The notes: generated by a model from the letters alone, not told the origin. A stretch of 38,229 bases of DNA from Candidatus Asgardarchaeum abyssi (GCA_040225955.1 JBECUL010000017.1:1-38229), one strand, 5' to 3'. Counted from the stretch's first letter, positions 15,627 to 26,073 are shown. Translations and numbers: made by a program.

Positions 15627-17972
15627 TCATCTTTTTCTTTTTGCACTCGATTCCCTTTTCTTATATAGATGGTTAGCTATGATAAATATCTTTTCAGCTA
15701 TTTTTTTGCCAATACCAGGAACCTTCGTCAACTCATCGATGGACGCATTAAAAATACTTCTTATAGAACCAAAGTGTGATAATAAAGCGCGAGATCGAGC
15801 TAAATCAACCCCAGGAATACTAGCAATAACAAATTCTAAGACGTCATCCAACAAAAGAGGTTTCTCACCCGCTCTAATTACGGGTTTTCGTTTATGTTCT
15901 ATCTGCTCTCTTTTAGCAATTATATATATTATCTCAGCAGTTTCTTTAGCATTTTCACTCCAAATTATTGGAACATTGAAATCTACAGCTACAGCAGCAA
16001 TAGCTGAGTAAATAGATTTTGATGTAACATTTCTATGTGAAAAAAGATCGTACCCTTCAATTATTAAAATTGGCTTCCTGTAGTTTTCCTTTAACTTTTT
16101 AATCTGTGGGAATAATCTATTATCAATTATAGAGTTAACAAAATCAGATGATGTTTTACGCTCGATAATTACATCATCCGAAAGAATATAATCACCTACA
16201 TCTAAGCGTTTTATAGTAATTTTGCAATCATAATCAGACAGGTATCGAACGACTTCAGATAGGAACTCACGAGAGTCAATTATTATTTCTATTTCGTTAT
16301 CGGTTTCACTTTTTTCCGTTTTCATTATTTTCATATCTGGTTTTTCTTTAATAATATATTCTTCTATGAGACCTTGAGATGCTTCAAACGCTACCTTACT
16401 TCGCTCAATTTCTTTCACACTTAGCTGCTTTTTAAGCTTCTTTAATATTTCTTTCATTTTCTTCTCCTTTCTAACGGATGCCCAATAATAGCCTTCATCG
16501 CGTGTTCCTTTTGCAATTAATACTATGACCGTCCCTTCCCTCTTTCGTCCAGTCCTACCCATTCTTTGTATTCGTCTGATAGCGCTTGGTACTGCATCAT
16601 AAAAGATTACTAAATCGCATTCGGCGATATCTAATCCCTCTTCAGCGACACTCGTAGCAACTAGGATATTATAAATACCGAGAGAGAAGTTTTCTAGTAT
16701 TTCAAGCTGCTGTTTTTGAGTCAAACCTTTAACATCAGACCTTTTCTGCTGACCGACAAACCACATAGCATTTAAACCATGTTCTCTTAACTTTTCAGAA
16801 ATGTACTTTGCAGTCACTCTATAATGTGTAAATACTAAAATACGCATATTCTCATTTCTTGAAAGATACTCATCAAGAATTTTTATTAAATGCTCCAGTT
16901 TGGGATGCTCGATTCCTTTCTGAATTAAATAATTAGCTAACATTTTCAATTCCATAAATTCATTTGATGAAACAAATTCTTTCAAAGTCTTAGGCGCTCC
17001 TTGTCTTGTAGACTTTTCTTCCAGTTTCTTTAAGTGTGCATAAAATGATGTTACACCTTGGGTCTCAATAAGTTCAAGAAGATGTGATATCCGAATAGCA
17101 TTAGTAACCATTGCTAAAAGCCTATAGTATTCATTAGATATAGTATTAGTTTTTTCATGAATCAACTTCTGGATTTTTTCTTTAACTAAGATGAGGTCTT
17201 TCCTTTTAATTTTTCTAATATCAGTAGTAGATATCAGATCGTATTCCTTTAAAGAACTAATAATATCTTTAAGCAGAGTATTAAGGATTTGGATTATTCT
17301 AGTGAACTCTTCTGGTAGATCTATGTGATGCCATTTTAGGATTCTTTTTTGAATATATGGTGCTACGTCGGGGCTGTGCTCGTCCCTAACTTCTACTTGT
17401 TGTATGAATAGATTTTTCTTAATTTCCTCTATTTTCTCTAATTCGGATCCAGGGCTTGCTGTTATTCCTAAGATTAAAGGATATTTAGACGTACTCATAT
17501 ATTTCTTAGCTATGAAGACATATGGATAATCACCAACAGCCCTATGGCATTCATCAAATATCATCAGAGATACATTCTCTAAGGTATATCTTTTTGCAAT
17601 AATGTCATTTTGTAATACTTGTGGTGTCATAATTGCAACCTTAGATTGGTGCCATTTTTTCTCTCGTTTGGATGGACTATCCGCTCCTGTGAACACATTA
17701 ATAGTACCAGGAATTAAGTCCAATATCTCCTCAAATACTTTTTTATGTTGCTCAACAAGAGGACGTGTTGGAGCCAGAAATATTACTTTTGAATCAGGAT
17801 AACGATGCAATCTATTAGCAGTTACTAGTGCTGCAATTATTGTTTTACCAAGTCCAGTAGGGAGCACTACTAATGTATTCTTTCTGGAACTTATAGCAGC
17901 TATTACCTCTTGATATAATCTATACTCAACGGCATCTTTCTTGATTAAAGGATGCTCAAAATATTTTGTCAT
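15627..17972 (-). CDS. hef: Hef: FANCM/Mph1-like DExH helicase fused to an XPF/ERCC4 nuclease and HhH domains
   Basis: LPTGLGKT, FDECHRA, TASPG, ATSVAEEGLDI, QRMGRTGR; nuclease GDYILS...IERKTSSD; C-terminal VPGIGKKIA. Confidence 0.96.
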   Translation of the reverse strand: MTKYFEHPLIKKDAVEYRLYQEVIAAISSRKNTLVVLPTGLGKTIIAALVTANRLHRYPDSKVIFLAPTRPLVEQHKKVFEEILDLIPGTINVFTGADSPSKREKKWHQSKVAIMTPQVLQNDIIAKRYTLENVSLMIFDECHRAVGDYPYVFIAKKYMSTSKYPLILGITASPGSELEKIEEIKKNLFIQQVEVRDEHSPDVAPYIQKRILKWHHIDLPEEFTRIIQILNTLLKDIISSLKEYDLISTTDIRKIKRKDLILVKEKIQKLIHEKTNTISNEYYRLLAMVTNAIRISHLLELIETQGVTSFYAHLKKLEEKSTRQGAPKTLKEFVSSNEFMELKMLANYLIQKGIEHPKLEHLIKILDEYLSRNENMRILVFTHYRVTAKYISEKLREHGLNAMWFVGQQKRSDVKGLTQKQQLEILENFSLGIYNILVATSVAEEGLDIAECDLVIFYDAVPSAIRRIQRMGRTGRKREGTVIVLIAKGTRDEGYYWASVRKEKKMKEILKKLKKQLSVKEIERSKVAFEASQGLIEEYIIKEKPDMKIMKTEKSETDNEIEIIIDSREFLSEVVRYLSDYDCKITIKRLDVGDYILSDDVIIERKTSSDFVNSIIDNRLFPQIKKLKENYRKPILIIEGYDLFSHRNVTSKSIYSAIAAVAVDFNVPIIWSENAKETAEIIYIIAKREQIEHKRKPVIRAGEKPLLLDDVLEFVIASIPGVDLARSRALLSHFGSIRSIFNASIDELTKVPGIGKKIAEKIFIIANHLYKKRESSAKRKR

Positions 17973-18214
17973 GCTATATCATCAACTATTTTTTAATTTT
18001 TAATATTTAAAAAATGGCAGATTAGGATTTTGATCTAACTTTGAACTTTTAACTGTATTTAAATAAGCTTTTTGTAAAAATATTGTTAGGAAAAATATCT
18101 CTAATTGAGTAATTAAAGATTTTTGCAAATAAATAAATATAAATGCTTTAATAGTGGTTTCACTAAACTGTTCTACAGTAAAATATCTTTTTTACTAACT
18201 AAGGAGGTTAGTCA

Positions 18215-19108
18215 ATGGAGCAACTTGAGGTCCATGATATTGAGTTTTTAACACCAAAAACAGAAGATGAATTACTTGATATTCTTGATAGATATAAGGA
18301 AAAGGCAAAGGTGCTTGCTGGAGGCTCAGACTTACTTCTTCTTATAAGAAGAAACCTCATTGCAAGGCCTAATTATATAGTTAATATAATGGAGATACCA
18401 TCACTGAAGTATATCAATGAAGATGAAGAAACAGTAAGAATTGGCGCAACAGTAACGCATACCGAGGCTATTGAAAATCAAATCATCAATAGGGAGTTCC
18501 CCTCACTTGTAAAAGCCTTAAAAACGATAGGATCTACTCAAATAAGAAACTGGGCTACTATCGCTGGGAACCTTGCTAATGCTTCACCGGCTGCAGATTC
18601 AGCACCCATTCTTATAGCCTTGGATGCCAAGCTAAAAATAAAATCGGCTAAGGATGAGAAAATAATTCCAGTTGAGGAACTCTTTGTTGGAGTGAAAAAA
18701 ACGATTCTAAAACCAAACGAGATAATTAAGGAAATAATTATTCCTAAAAAGAGAAAGAATTTCGCAGCAGATTTTATTAAACTTGGTAAACGTAATGCTC
18801 TTGTCTTAGCGGTTGTTTCAGCAGCTGCTGGAATAGAAATGTCTGAAGACGGAAAGATAAAGAATATACGAATTGCGTTAGGTTCTGTAGCTCCTACTCC
18901 CTTAAGAGCCAAAAAAGCAGAGGATGTGCTTAGGGGTAAAGAGCCAAAAATGGATTTAATAGACAAATGTGCTAAAGTGGCAAAAGAAGAAAGCAAGCCC
19001 ATTTCAGATGTTAGAGCATCAGCAGAGTATAGAAGAGAAATGGTTTATGTTTTGACAAAAAGAGTCATACTTAATGCTTTAAAAGAGTTAGGGGTTGATG
19101 TTGAATGA
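18215..19108 (+). CDS. Xanthine-dehydrogenase-family FAD-binding (medium, CoxM/CutM-like) subunit
   Basis: LAGGSDL, RIGATVT, QIRNWATIAGNLANASPAADS, PISDVRASAEYR. Confidence 0.93.
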   Translation: MEQLEVHDIEFLTPKTEDELLDILDRYKEKAKVLAGGSDLLLLIRRNLIARPNYIVNIMEIPSLKYINEDEETVRIGATVTHTEAIENQIINREFPSLVKALKTIGSTQIRNWATIAGNLANASPAADSAPILIALDAKLKIKSAKDEKIIPVEELFVGVKKTILKPNEIIKEIIIPKKRKNFAADFIKLGKRNALVLAVVSAAAGIEMSEDGKIKNIRIALGSVAPTPLRAKKAEDVLRGKEPKMDLIDKCAKVAKEESKPISDVRASAEYRREMVYVLTKRVILNALKELGVDVE

Positions 19109-19581
19109 AAAAGCAACTCCTTAGAATGAGAGTTAATGGGAGAGATGTTGAAGTTTATGTAAGACCTGATGCCAGGCTTATAGATGTTCTTAGAGATTTG
19201 GGGTATCTTAGTGTTAAAGAGGGGTGCGGTACTGGTGAATGTGGCGCATGTACAGTTATCATGGACGGAAAAACTGTTCTTTCTTGTATTACGTTTGCAC
19301 TACAAGCAAATGGGAAGGAGATTATTACAGTTGAGGGGTTAGCTAAAAATGGAAAGCTTCATCCAGTTCAAGAAGCTTTTATAGAGAAAGGTGCAGTCCA
19401 ATGCGGATATTGTATTCCAGGTTTCATTATGAGCACGGTATATTTACTTAATGAGAATCCTAATCCGACATATGAAGATATTCTGGACGCACTAGAGGGA
19501 AATTTATGTCGTTGTACTGGATATGTGAAAATAATCGAAGCTGTTAAAGAAGCTGCTTCACGACTAAAAAAGGAGGCGTAG
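19105..19581 (+). CDS. 2x[2Fe-2S] small subunit (CoxS/CutS-like), copy 1
   Basis: GCGTGECGACTV..SC; QCGYCIPG..GNLCRCTGY. Confidence 0.95.
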   Translation: MKKQLLRMRVNGRDVEVYVRPDARLIDVLRDLGYLSVKEGCGTGECGACTVIMDGKTVLSCITFALQANGKEIITVEGLAKNGKLHPVQEAFIEKGAVQCGYCIPGFIMSTVYLLNENPNPTYEDILDALEGNLCRCTGYVKIIEAVKEAASRLKKEA

Positions 19582-19582
19582 T

Positions 19583-21898
19583 ATGTCGAAAGTTATTGTA
19601 AAAGAAAAAGAGAGAGTCTTAAATGTTGTTGGTCATCCTGTAAATAGAGTAGATGCCCTAGCAAAAGTTACGGGGACTGCAAAGTTTACAGCTGATTACT
19701 ATGTTCCAAACATGCTTTATGCCGTAGTTAAACATGCAGACATTCCACACGGATACATAAAGAAGATCGACACTTCAGAAGCTGAGAAAGTTGAAGGAGT
19801 GGTGAAAATAGCTACTGGAAAAGATATACCTGGTGTAAAAAAAGTTGGATTCCCAATTCCTGATGAGGAAGTTATTGTTCAAGAAAAGGTTAGATATATT
19901 GGTGATGTAGTAGCGATTGTTGCAGCAGAAACTTTAGAAGCAGCAAGAAAAGCTGCAGAAAAAATAAAAGTTGAATATGATCCACTCCCAGTTGTTTTGG
20001 ATCCAGAAGAAGCTATGAAAGAAGATGCCCCGAAAATTCATGACTCCGGCAATATAATAACACATTTTAAGATCAGAAAGGGAGATGTTGAAAAGGGCTT
20101 TAAAGAGGCCGATTATGTTATAGAACGAGAGTATAGAACTCAATTTATTGAACATTCATATTTAGAACCAGTAGCAGCTCTCGCAATTCCGGTTGGAGAT
20201 ATGATTGAAATCTATGGAACAGTTCAGAATCCACATAATGCAAGAAGAATTACCTCACTTACATTAGGAATACCAATGCATAAAGTGAGAGTGATTCAAC
20301 CAGCACTTGGTGGTTCCTTCGGTGGTAAAGATGATACAGCAAATTTTGTTGCTGCACGTGCTGCATTGATGGCTAAACTAACTGGACGACCAGTTAAGAT
20401 GGTTTATACCCGAGAACAAGACATGAGAGAAAGTTACAAGAGACATCCATATATTATGCGTTATAAAGTTGGTTTTACAAAGGATGGTAGAATAACTGCT
20501 ATGGAGATAAAAGTTATCACAAATGCTGGGGCTTATTCGTCGTCGTCTCCATTAGTCTTATATAGATCTACCGTTCAATGTACTGGAACATATGAAGTAC
20601 CAAACATAAAAGGAGACTTCTATACAGTATATACAAATACTGTATTCTCTGGAGCTATGCGAGGTTTTGGAGCGCCCCAAATAAATTTCGCAGTTGAATC
20701 ACTTATGGATGAAATTGCAGAAATACTGGGAATGGATCCAGTTGAAATTAGATTGAAAAATGCCTATAAGGAAGGATCAGTAACACCTACTGGGCAAGTA
20801 TTAAAAGGACATGTAGTTAGCATTAGGGATATAATAAAGAAACTTGCAGAAATTGCGGATTGGAAGAAAAAGCGAGAGGAATACAGTAAAGATAAGGGAG
20901 ACGTCCGTAGAGGTATTGGGATATCTTGTGCATTTAGAGGAGTTAGCTTAGGTGCAGAAGGAGCAGATTATGCTGGTGCCATAGTAGAAGTTTTCGAGGA
21001 TGGACATATATCGATTACAAGTGGGATATCAGAAATGGGGCAAGGTGCAAAAACTGTTATGTCTCAAACCGCTGCAGAGGTCCTTGGTGTTCCTATAGAA
21101 TACGTCACGTTTGTTGGTCCAGATACCTCATTTTCTCCAGATAGTGGACCCACTGTTGCATCAAGAGGGACACTAATGGGATGCGGAGCGGTAAAAGTCG
21201 CTGCTGAGGTTGTAAAGGAAAGAATGGCTAAATATGCAGCTAAACTATTTAACACAACATACGAGAACATAGTATTTGAGAATGGTTATGTTTACTCGAA
21301 AAAGAATCCAGAGAACAAAATATCATTTCCAGAGCTAGCTAAAAAATGCTATCTTGATAGAGTAAATCTTAGCGCGGTAGGGTGGTTTCTAGCACCAGAG
21401 ATACATTGGGATCCAGAGACTGGTGAAGGTGAACCATATTTTACATATACATATTATGCAGATATAGCGGAAGTTGAGGTTAATGTAAAAACTGGTGATG
21501 TAAAAGTCAAAAAAGTATACGCAATGCATGATCCAGGAAAGGTTGTAAATCCAAAAACAGCAAAAGGACAAGTCTATGGAGGAGTTGCCATGGGTATTGG
21601 ATACGCATTAAAGGAAGAGTATAAGATAGATGGGAAAGGATATCCAATTACATTAAACTTTGATAAGTATCAAATTGTAAGAGCTCATGAAATGCCTGAT
21701 GTTGAAGTATATTTCCTAGAAAATCCAGATCCTTCTGGTCCCTTTGGAGCTAAAAGTCTTGGAGAGCCTGCCTTTGATACGGTTGCACCTGCAATAACAA
21801 ATGCTATTGCACATGCGACAGGTGTTAGAGTAAGAAGTTTACCTGCGACAAAAGATAAAATCTTAAAATTACTTAAAGAGAAGGAGGAGAGAAGATGA
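19583..21898 (+). CDS. Xanthine-oxidase-family molybdopterin-binding large subunit, copy 1
   Basis: GGSFGGK, GAMRGFGAPQ, EMGQG, ASRG, GQVYGG, GAKSLGE (catalytic Glu). Confidence 0.94.
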   Translation: MSKVIVKEKERVLNVVGHPVNRVDALAKVTGTAKFTADYYVPNMLYAVVKHADIPHGYIKKIDTSEAEKVEGVVKIATGKDIPGVKKVGFPIPDEEVIVQEKVRYIGDVVAIVAAETLEAARKAAEKIKVEYDPLPVVLDPEEAMKEDAPKIHDSGNIITHFKIRKGDVEKGFKEADYVIEREYRTQFIEHSYLEPVAALAIPVGDMIEIYGTVQNPHNARRITSLTLGIPMHKVRVIQPALGGSFGGKDDTANFVAARAALMAKLTGRPVKMVYTREQDMRESYKRHPYIMRYKVGFTKDGRITAMEIKVITNAGAYSSSSPLVLYRSTVQCTGTYEVPNIKGDFYTVYTNTVFSGAMRGFGAPQINFAVESLMDEIAEILGMDPVEIRLKNAYKEGSVTPTGQVLKGHVVSIRDIIKKLAEIADWKKKREEYSKDKGDVRRGIGISCAFRGVSLGAEGADYAGAIVEVFEDGHISITSGISEMGQGAKTVMSQTAAEVLGVPIEYVTFVGPDTSFSPDSGPTVASRGTLMGCGAVKVAAEVVKERMAKYAAKLFNTTYENIVFENGYVYSKKNPENKISFPELAKKCYLDRVNLSAVGWFLAPEIHWDPETGEGEPYFTYTYYADIAEVEVNVKTGDVKVKKVYAMHDPGKVVNPKTAKGQVYGGVAMGIGYALKEEYKIDGKGYPITLNFDKYQIVRAHEMPDVEVYFLENPDPSGPFGAKSLGEPAFDTVAPAITNAIAHATGVRVRSLPATKDKILKLLKEKEERR
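20008..20055 (+). repeat. 48-bp exact direct repeat, copy A (within large subunit 1)
   Basis: AGAAGCTATGAAAGAAGATGCCCCGAAAATTCATGACTCCGGCAATAT is identical to 22796-22843. Confidence 0.9.
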
Positions 21899-22374
21899 AA
21901 CTCACGATTTTTGTAAATTCGAAAAAGTATGAATTTGAGGAAATAGACCCAAATATGAGATTAGTGGATCTCCTTAGAGATAAACTTGGAATTACGAGTG
22001 TAAAAATAGGTTGCGAGAATGGAACTTGTGGAGTGTGTACAGTACTAGTTGATGGTGTTCCTGTGAGGTCTTGCATAACCCCCGTATCAAAAGTGAACGG
22101 GAAAAAAATTTTAACAGTTGAGGGATTAGGAACCCCCGAGAACCCACATCCACTTCAAAAGTTTTTTATTGAGTACGATGCTGTTCAATGTGGATTTTGT
22201 ACACCTGCAATGATTCTTTATGGATATTATATTGTAAAGAAAAATCCTGATGTAACGAAGGAAGAAATAAAGAAAATGATTTCTCCTGTCTTATGTAGAT
22301 GTACTGGGTATATTCCAATTATTGAGGCCATAAAAGCTTATGCTGATTTTGTGAAAAGGAGGCGTGAAAAATGA
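21895..22374 (+). CDS. 2x[2Fe-2S] small subunit, copy 2
   Basis: GCENGTCGVCTV..SC; QCGFCTP..LCRCTGY. Confidence 0.95.
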   Translation: MKLTIFVNSKKYEFEEIDPNMRLVDLLRDKLGITSVKIGCENGTCGVCTVLVDGVPVRSCITPVSKVNGKKILTVEGLGTPENPHPLQKFFIEYDAVQCGFCTPAMILYGYYIVKKNPDVTKEEIKKMISPVLCRCTGYIPIIEAIKAYADFVKRRREK

Positions 22375-24683
22375 GCATTGGTATTCAAATGGAGAAAACT
22401 GAGATGCTTACTATTGTTGGAAAACCAGTAAAGAGAATAGATGCCTATGAAAAAGTGACAGGGTTAGCGAGGTATGTTAGAGATTTAAGGTTTCAGAATA
22501 TGCTATATGGTTTTGTATTTAGGAGCACGGAGCCTCATGCAAAAATTAAGAAATTGGATGTTAAGGAAGCGAAAAAGGTTCCCGGAGTATATGCAGTTGT
22601 GACAGCAGATGACATCCCTGGAGAAAATATCGTGCCAATAATATTAAACGACCGCCCACTTTTAGCAAAAGATAAAGTTAGGTATATAGGCGAAGCTATT
22701 GCACTTATTGCGGCGGAAACGAAGGAAATTGCAAAAATCGCGGCTAGTAAAATAAAAGTTGAATATGAACCGCTTCCAGCAATTTTTGATGCCTTAGAAG
22801 CTATGAAAGAAGATGCCCCGAAAATTCATGACTCCGGCAATATCTTTACTCACTATAAGATAAGAAAAGGTGATGTAGAAAAGGCATTTAAAGAGGCAGA
22901 TTTAATAATTGAGAACGTCTATCAAACTAACTATCAGGAACATGTATATATCGAGCCACAAGGAGCCTTGGCTGTTCCAGAGGGTGATGGCATAACTGTT
23001 TATTCCAGTACGCAATGTCCATATTATGTGCAGAAAGCAGTAGCAAATGTTCTTGGACTGCCAAGAAGCAAAGTTAGAATAATAGTTACAACAGTTGGCG
23101 GAGGTTTTGGAGGAAAAGAAGATGTACCTTCATGGGTATCTGCGGAAGCTGCTGTTCTGGCTTGGGTTACTAAAAGGCCCGTACTGTTAGAGTATGATAG
23201 AGAGGAGGATATGGAAACTAGCAGTAAGAGACATCCAGGGTATGTAAAATATAAATCAGCTTTTAAGAAAGATGGAACATTAATTGGAATAAAGGTTGAA
23301 TACGTAATTGACGCAGGAGCATATTCAACATTATCCCCACCAGTAATATTTAGAGGCACAATCCATGCTCCAGGTCCTTATAAAATTCCTAATGTTTGGG
23401 TTGATGGATACGCAGTTGCTACAAATAAAGTACCAACAGGTGCATTTAGGGGTTTCGGTTCACCACAAGTCATCTTTGCATATGAACAACAAATCGACGA
23501 AGCTGCGTATAAATTGGGGTTAGACCCTGCTGAGATTAGGTTAAAAAATGCTCTCGACTTAGGAGACGAAACTGCCACGGGGCAAATTCTTAGATATAGC
23601 GTTGGAGTGAAGGAAACTATAAGAAAAGCCATAGAAGTGTCGGACTGGTATAGAAAACGAAAAGAGTATTCATTAATGGAAGGCACTAAACGTCGAGGAA
23701 TTGGAATGAGTACAATAATATATGGGGTTGGTCTGGGAGCTGCAGGAAAGATACTAGAACGATCTGGAGCTACCGTTCAAATCACAACAGATGGTAGTGT
23801 CATTGTCTTAGTAGGAACATCAGAAATGGGTCAGGGAATGAGAACAGTGCTAGCACAAATAGCAGCAGAGGCTCTTGGAGTTACAATCGATAAAATATAT
23901 TTACCAGAAGTAGACACACTTGCTGTGCCAGATAGTGGTCCTACCGTAGCATCAAGAGCTACTGTTATGTCTGGTAATGCCATAATTGATGCTGCTGAGA
24001 AGATAAAAGAAAACCTATTAAAGGTAGCATCTGAAGAGTTAAATGTACCTCCAGAGAGATTAGACATTAAAGATAATGTTATCTTTGATACCGATAATCC
24101 AAATGTGAAGGTGGAATTTGATAAAATAGTAGAAATTGCCTATGCAAAGGGAGTAAAGCTAGCAGCTGTTGGTTGGTATCACGCTCCTGATACGACGTTT
24201 AATGAACAAGGCCTTGGTGATGCATACTATGTTTATTCCTATGCAACTCATGTGGCAGAGGTTGAAGTTGACCTTGAAACTGGAAAAGTTAATGTAATAG
24301 ATTACTATGCCGTTCATGACTCAGGCAAAATTATAAATCCAGTAACTGCTGAGGGACAAGTTCAAGGAGGAGTAGCCCAGGGGATAGGCTATGCGTTATT
24401 AGAGGATTTAGTTGTTGAAAACGGAAAAATTATGAATCCTAATCTTACCGATTATCTCATACCATCTATCAAGGATGTGCCTAATATTAAGGTCTATTTC
24501 GTTGAAGCAGAGTATCCCGAAGGGCCATTTGGTGCAAAGGGTCTTGGAGAACCTTGCTTAATGCCAGTTGCAGCAGCAATAGCAAATGCTATTAGACATG
24601 CAACTGGAGTTAGAATAAAGAAATTACCAATGACAGCAGAAAAGGTCTTTTTTGCACTTAAGGAGCATGGAGTAAGAGGATGA
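22371..24683 (+). CDS. Xanthine-oxidase-family molybdopterin-binding large subunit, copy 2
   Basis: GGGFGGK, GAFRGFGSPQ, EMGQG, ASRA, GQVQGG, GAKGLGE. Confidence 0.94.
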   Translation: MSIGIQMEKTEMLTIVGKPVKRIDAYEKVTGLARYVRDLRFQNMLYGFVFRSTEPHAKIKKLDVKEAKKVPGVYAVVTADDIPGENIVPIILNDRPLLAKDKVRYIGEAIALIAAETKEIAKIAASKIKVEYEPLPAIFDALEAMKEDAPKIHDSGNIFTHYKIRKGDVEKAFKEADLIIENVYQTNYQEHVYIEPQGALAVPEGDGITVYSSTQCPYYVQKAVANVLGLPRSKVRIIVTTVGGGFGGKEDVPSWVSAEAAVLAWVTKRPVLLEYDREEDMETSSKRHPGYVKYKSAFKKDGTLIGIKVEYVIDAGAYSTLSPPVIFRGTIHAPGPYKIPNVWVDGYAVATNKVPTGAFRGFGSPQVIFAYEQQIDEAAYKLGLDPAEIRLKNALDLGDETATGQILRYSVGVKETIRKAIEVSDWYRKRKEYSLMEGTKRRGIGMSTIIYGVGLGAAGKILERSGATVQITTDGSVIVLVGTSEMGQGMRTVLAQIAAEALGVTIDKIYLPEVDTLAVPDSGPTVASRATVMSGNAIIDAAEKIKENLLKVASEELNVPPERLDIKDNVIFDTDNPNVKVEFDKIVEIAYAKGVKLAAVGWYHAPDTTFNEQGLGDAYYVYSYATHVAEVEVDLETGKVNVIDYYAVHDSGKIINPVTAEGQVQGGVAQGIGYALLEDLVVENGKIMNPNLTDYLIPSIKDVPNIKVYFVEAEYPEGPFGAKGLGEPCLMPVAAAIANAIRHATGVRIKKLPMTAEKVFFALKEHGVRG
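22796..22843 (+). repeat. 48-bp exact direct repeat, copy B (within large subunit 2)
   Basis: Identical to 20008-20055. Confidence 0.9.
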
Positions 24684-25285
24684 TAATTGCCATAATTTTA
24701 GCAGCTGGTAAGTCAGAAAGAATGGGAAGACCGAAACTCATCTTACCAATAATAAATGGCAAAAGCATAATAGAACATGTAATTGAGTGTGTTAAATCTT
24801 CAAAGGTTGATGAAGTATTAGTTATTCTTGGTCATGAACCACACAACATTATTCCATATGTTCAGAGAACCAATACTCCCTTTATTGTCAATTTCTTTTA
24901 TGAATATGGCATGACTAGCTCTTTTAAGAGAGGTATCATGGAAATCGCAGATAGAGCGGATGCAGCACTGTTAGTGTTAGGGGATCAACCGCTAATATCT
25001 ACAGAGCTAATTGATCAAATCATTGACATTTATGAACATACATCAGCGCTTATAGTTTCGCCTAAATATAAAGGAAAAAAGGGACACCCCGTTTTATTTG
25101 ATAAAAAAGTGTTTACAGACATTATCAACTTGCCATGGTATGGCATTATTAGGACAGTAGTACATAAATATTCTTTACAACATGTGACCTTTGATTGGGA
25201 AAAGTCAGTTATTATTGATGTTGATACGCCTGAAGATTATAAGAAGTTAGTAGAGATCATTAAAAGATCACATAAAAAGAATTAA
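24680..25285 (+). CDS. mocA: Molybdenum cofactor cytidylyltransferase (MocA-like)
   Basis: ILAAGKSERMGRPKL, GMTSS, LGDQP, GHPVLF, DVDTPEDY; in an operon with MCD-dependent hydroxylase genes. Confidence 0.87.
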   Translation: MIIAIILAAGKSERMGRPKLILPIINGKSIIEHVIECVKSSKVDEVLVILGHEPHNIIPYVQRTNTPFIVNFFYEYGMTSSFKRGIMEIADRADAALLVLGDQPLISTELIDQIIDIYEHTSALIVSPKYKGKKGHPVLFDKKVFTDIINLPWYGIIRTVVHKYSLQHVTFDWEKSVIIDVDTPEDYKKLVEIIKRSHKKN

Positions 25286-25287
25286 GA

Positions 25288-26073
25288 TTAATCCGGACCT
25301 AGATGCCTATATTTTATTATTTCAGCCATTACACTAACAGCTATTTCTTCAGGAGAATCCGCGCCGATATCGATACCCATAGGAACTCTAATTCTATTTA
25401 CTACGTTTTCAGGATAACCATCTTTTATTAATTTATTTTTAATAGTAATTCCTTTGTATTTGCTTCCAATAATGCCGATATATGCAGCTGGCATTTTTAT
25501 AATTTGCCGCAAAATTTCCTCATCTGTTACAGCATCTCTAGTTGCAATAATGATAAATGTGTTAGAATCTATTTTTAGCTTTTTTACAATCTCTGAAGCT
25601 TCACCTATCAAAATCTCCGCACTTGGGTATTCAGACTTATCTATCTTCTTTTCATCTTTTTCTATAATAATTACATCGAAACCAACCATTTGAGCTATCT
25701 TATTAATAGCAATACCTATATGACCATGTCCAAATATTATAAGCTTGGGCTTCGGCTTTATCGGATTCAACAACACTTTTATAGTGCCTCCACATATTTG
25801 TCTTAGCTTACCCCTTTCAGTAAGCTCAAATTTTAATACTTTAGGCTCAAGTTTACCTTCTTTAAACATTTGCATTGCAGTACTATATACATTTTCCTCA
25901 ACAGGTCCTCCACCAATAGTTCCAACTTTTGTTCCATCCTCTTTTATCAGCATCATTACTCCAAGGTCACGCGGACCAGATCCTATCTTTTCTGAAATTA
26001 TGCAAAGTATTACAGAGCGCCCGTTTTTTAGCTCATTTAACGCTTCAGATAATATTTCAATCATTACATTCAC
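25288..26073 (-). CDS. xdhC: XdhC/CoxF-family Moco sulfuration/insertion chaperone
   Basis: GSGPRDLG..M, GTIGGGPVE, ICGG, LIIFGHGHI, YIGIIGS, PMGIDIGADSPEEIAVS. Confidence 0.9.
   Translation of the reverse strand: MNVMIEILSEALNELKNGRSVILCIISEKIGSGPRDLGVMMLIKEDGTKVGTIGGGPVEENVYSTAMQMFKEGKLEPKVLKFELTERGKLRQICGGTIKVLLNPIKPKPKLIIFGHGHIGIAINKIAQMVGFDVIIIEKDEKKIDKSEYPSAEILIGEASEIVKKLKIDSNTFIIIATRDAVTDEEILRQIIKMPAAYIGIIGSKYKGITIKNKLIKDGYPENVVNRIRVPMGIDIGADSPEEIAVSVMAEIIKYRHLGPD

Noticed and set aside
18152-18165. TAGTG-GTTT-CACTA inverted repeat upstream of the Mo-hydroxylase operon
   Set aside because: Only 5-bp arms in AT-rich DNA, no second copy noticed and no adjacent regulator; could be chance.
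18215-24683. Aerobic CO dehydrogenase (coxMSL) or 4-hydroxybenzoyl-CoA reductase
   Set aside because: Active-site loops are AMRGFG/AFRGFG, not AYxCSFR (form I) or AYxGAGR (form II). The FAD subunit lacks the Cys-rich [4Fe-4S] insert of HcrB.
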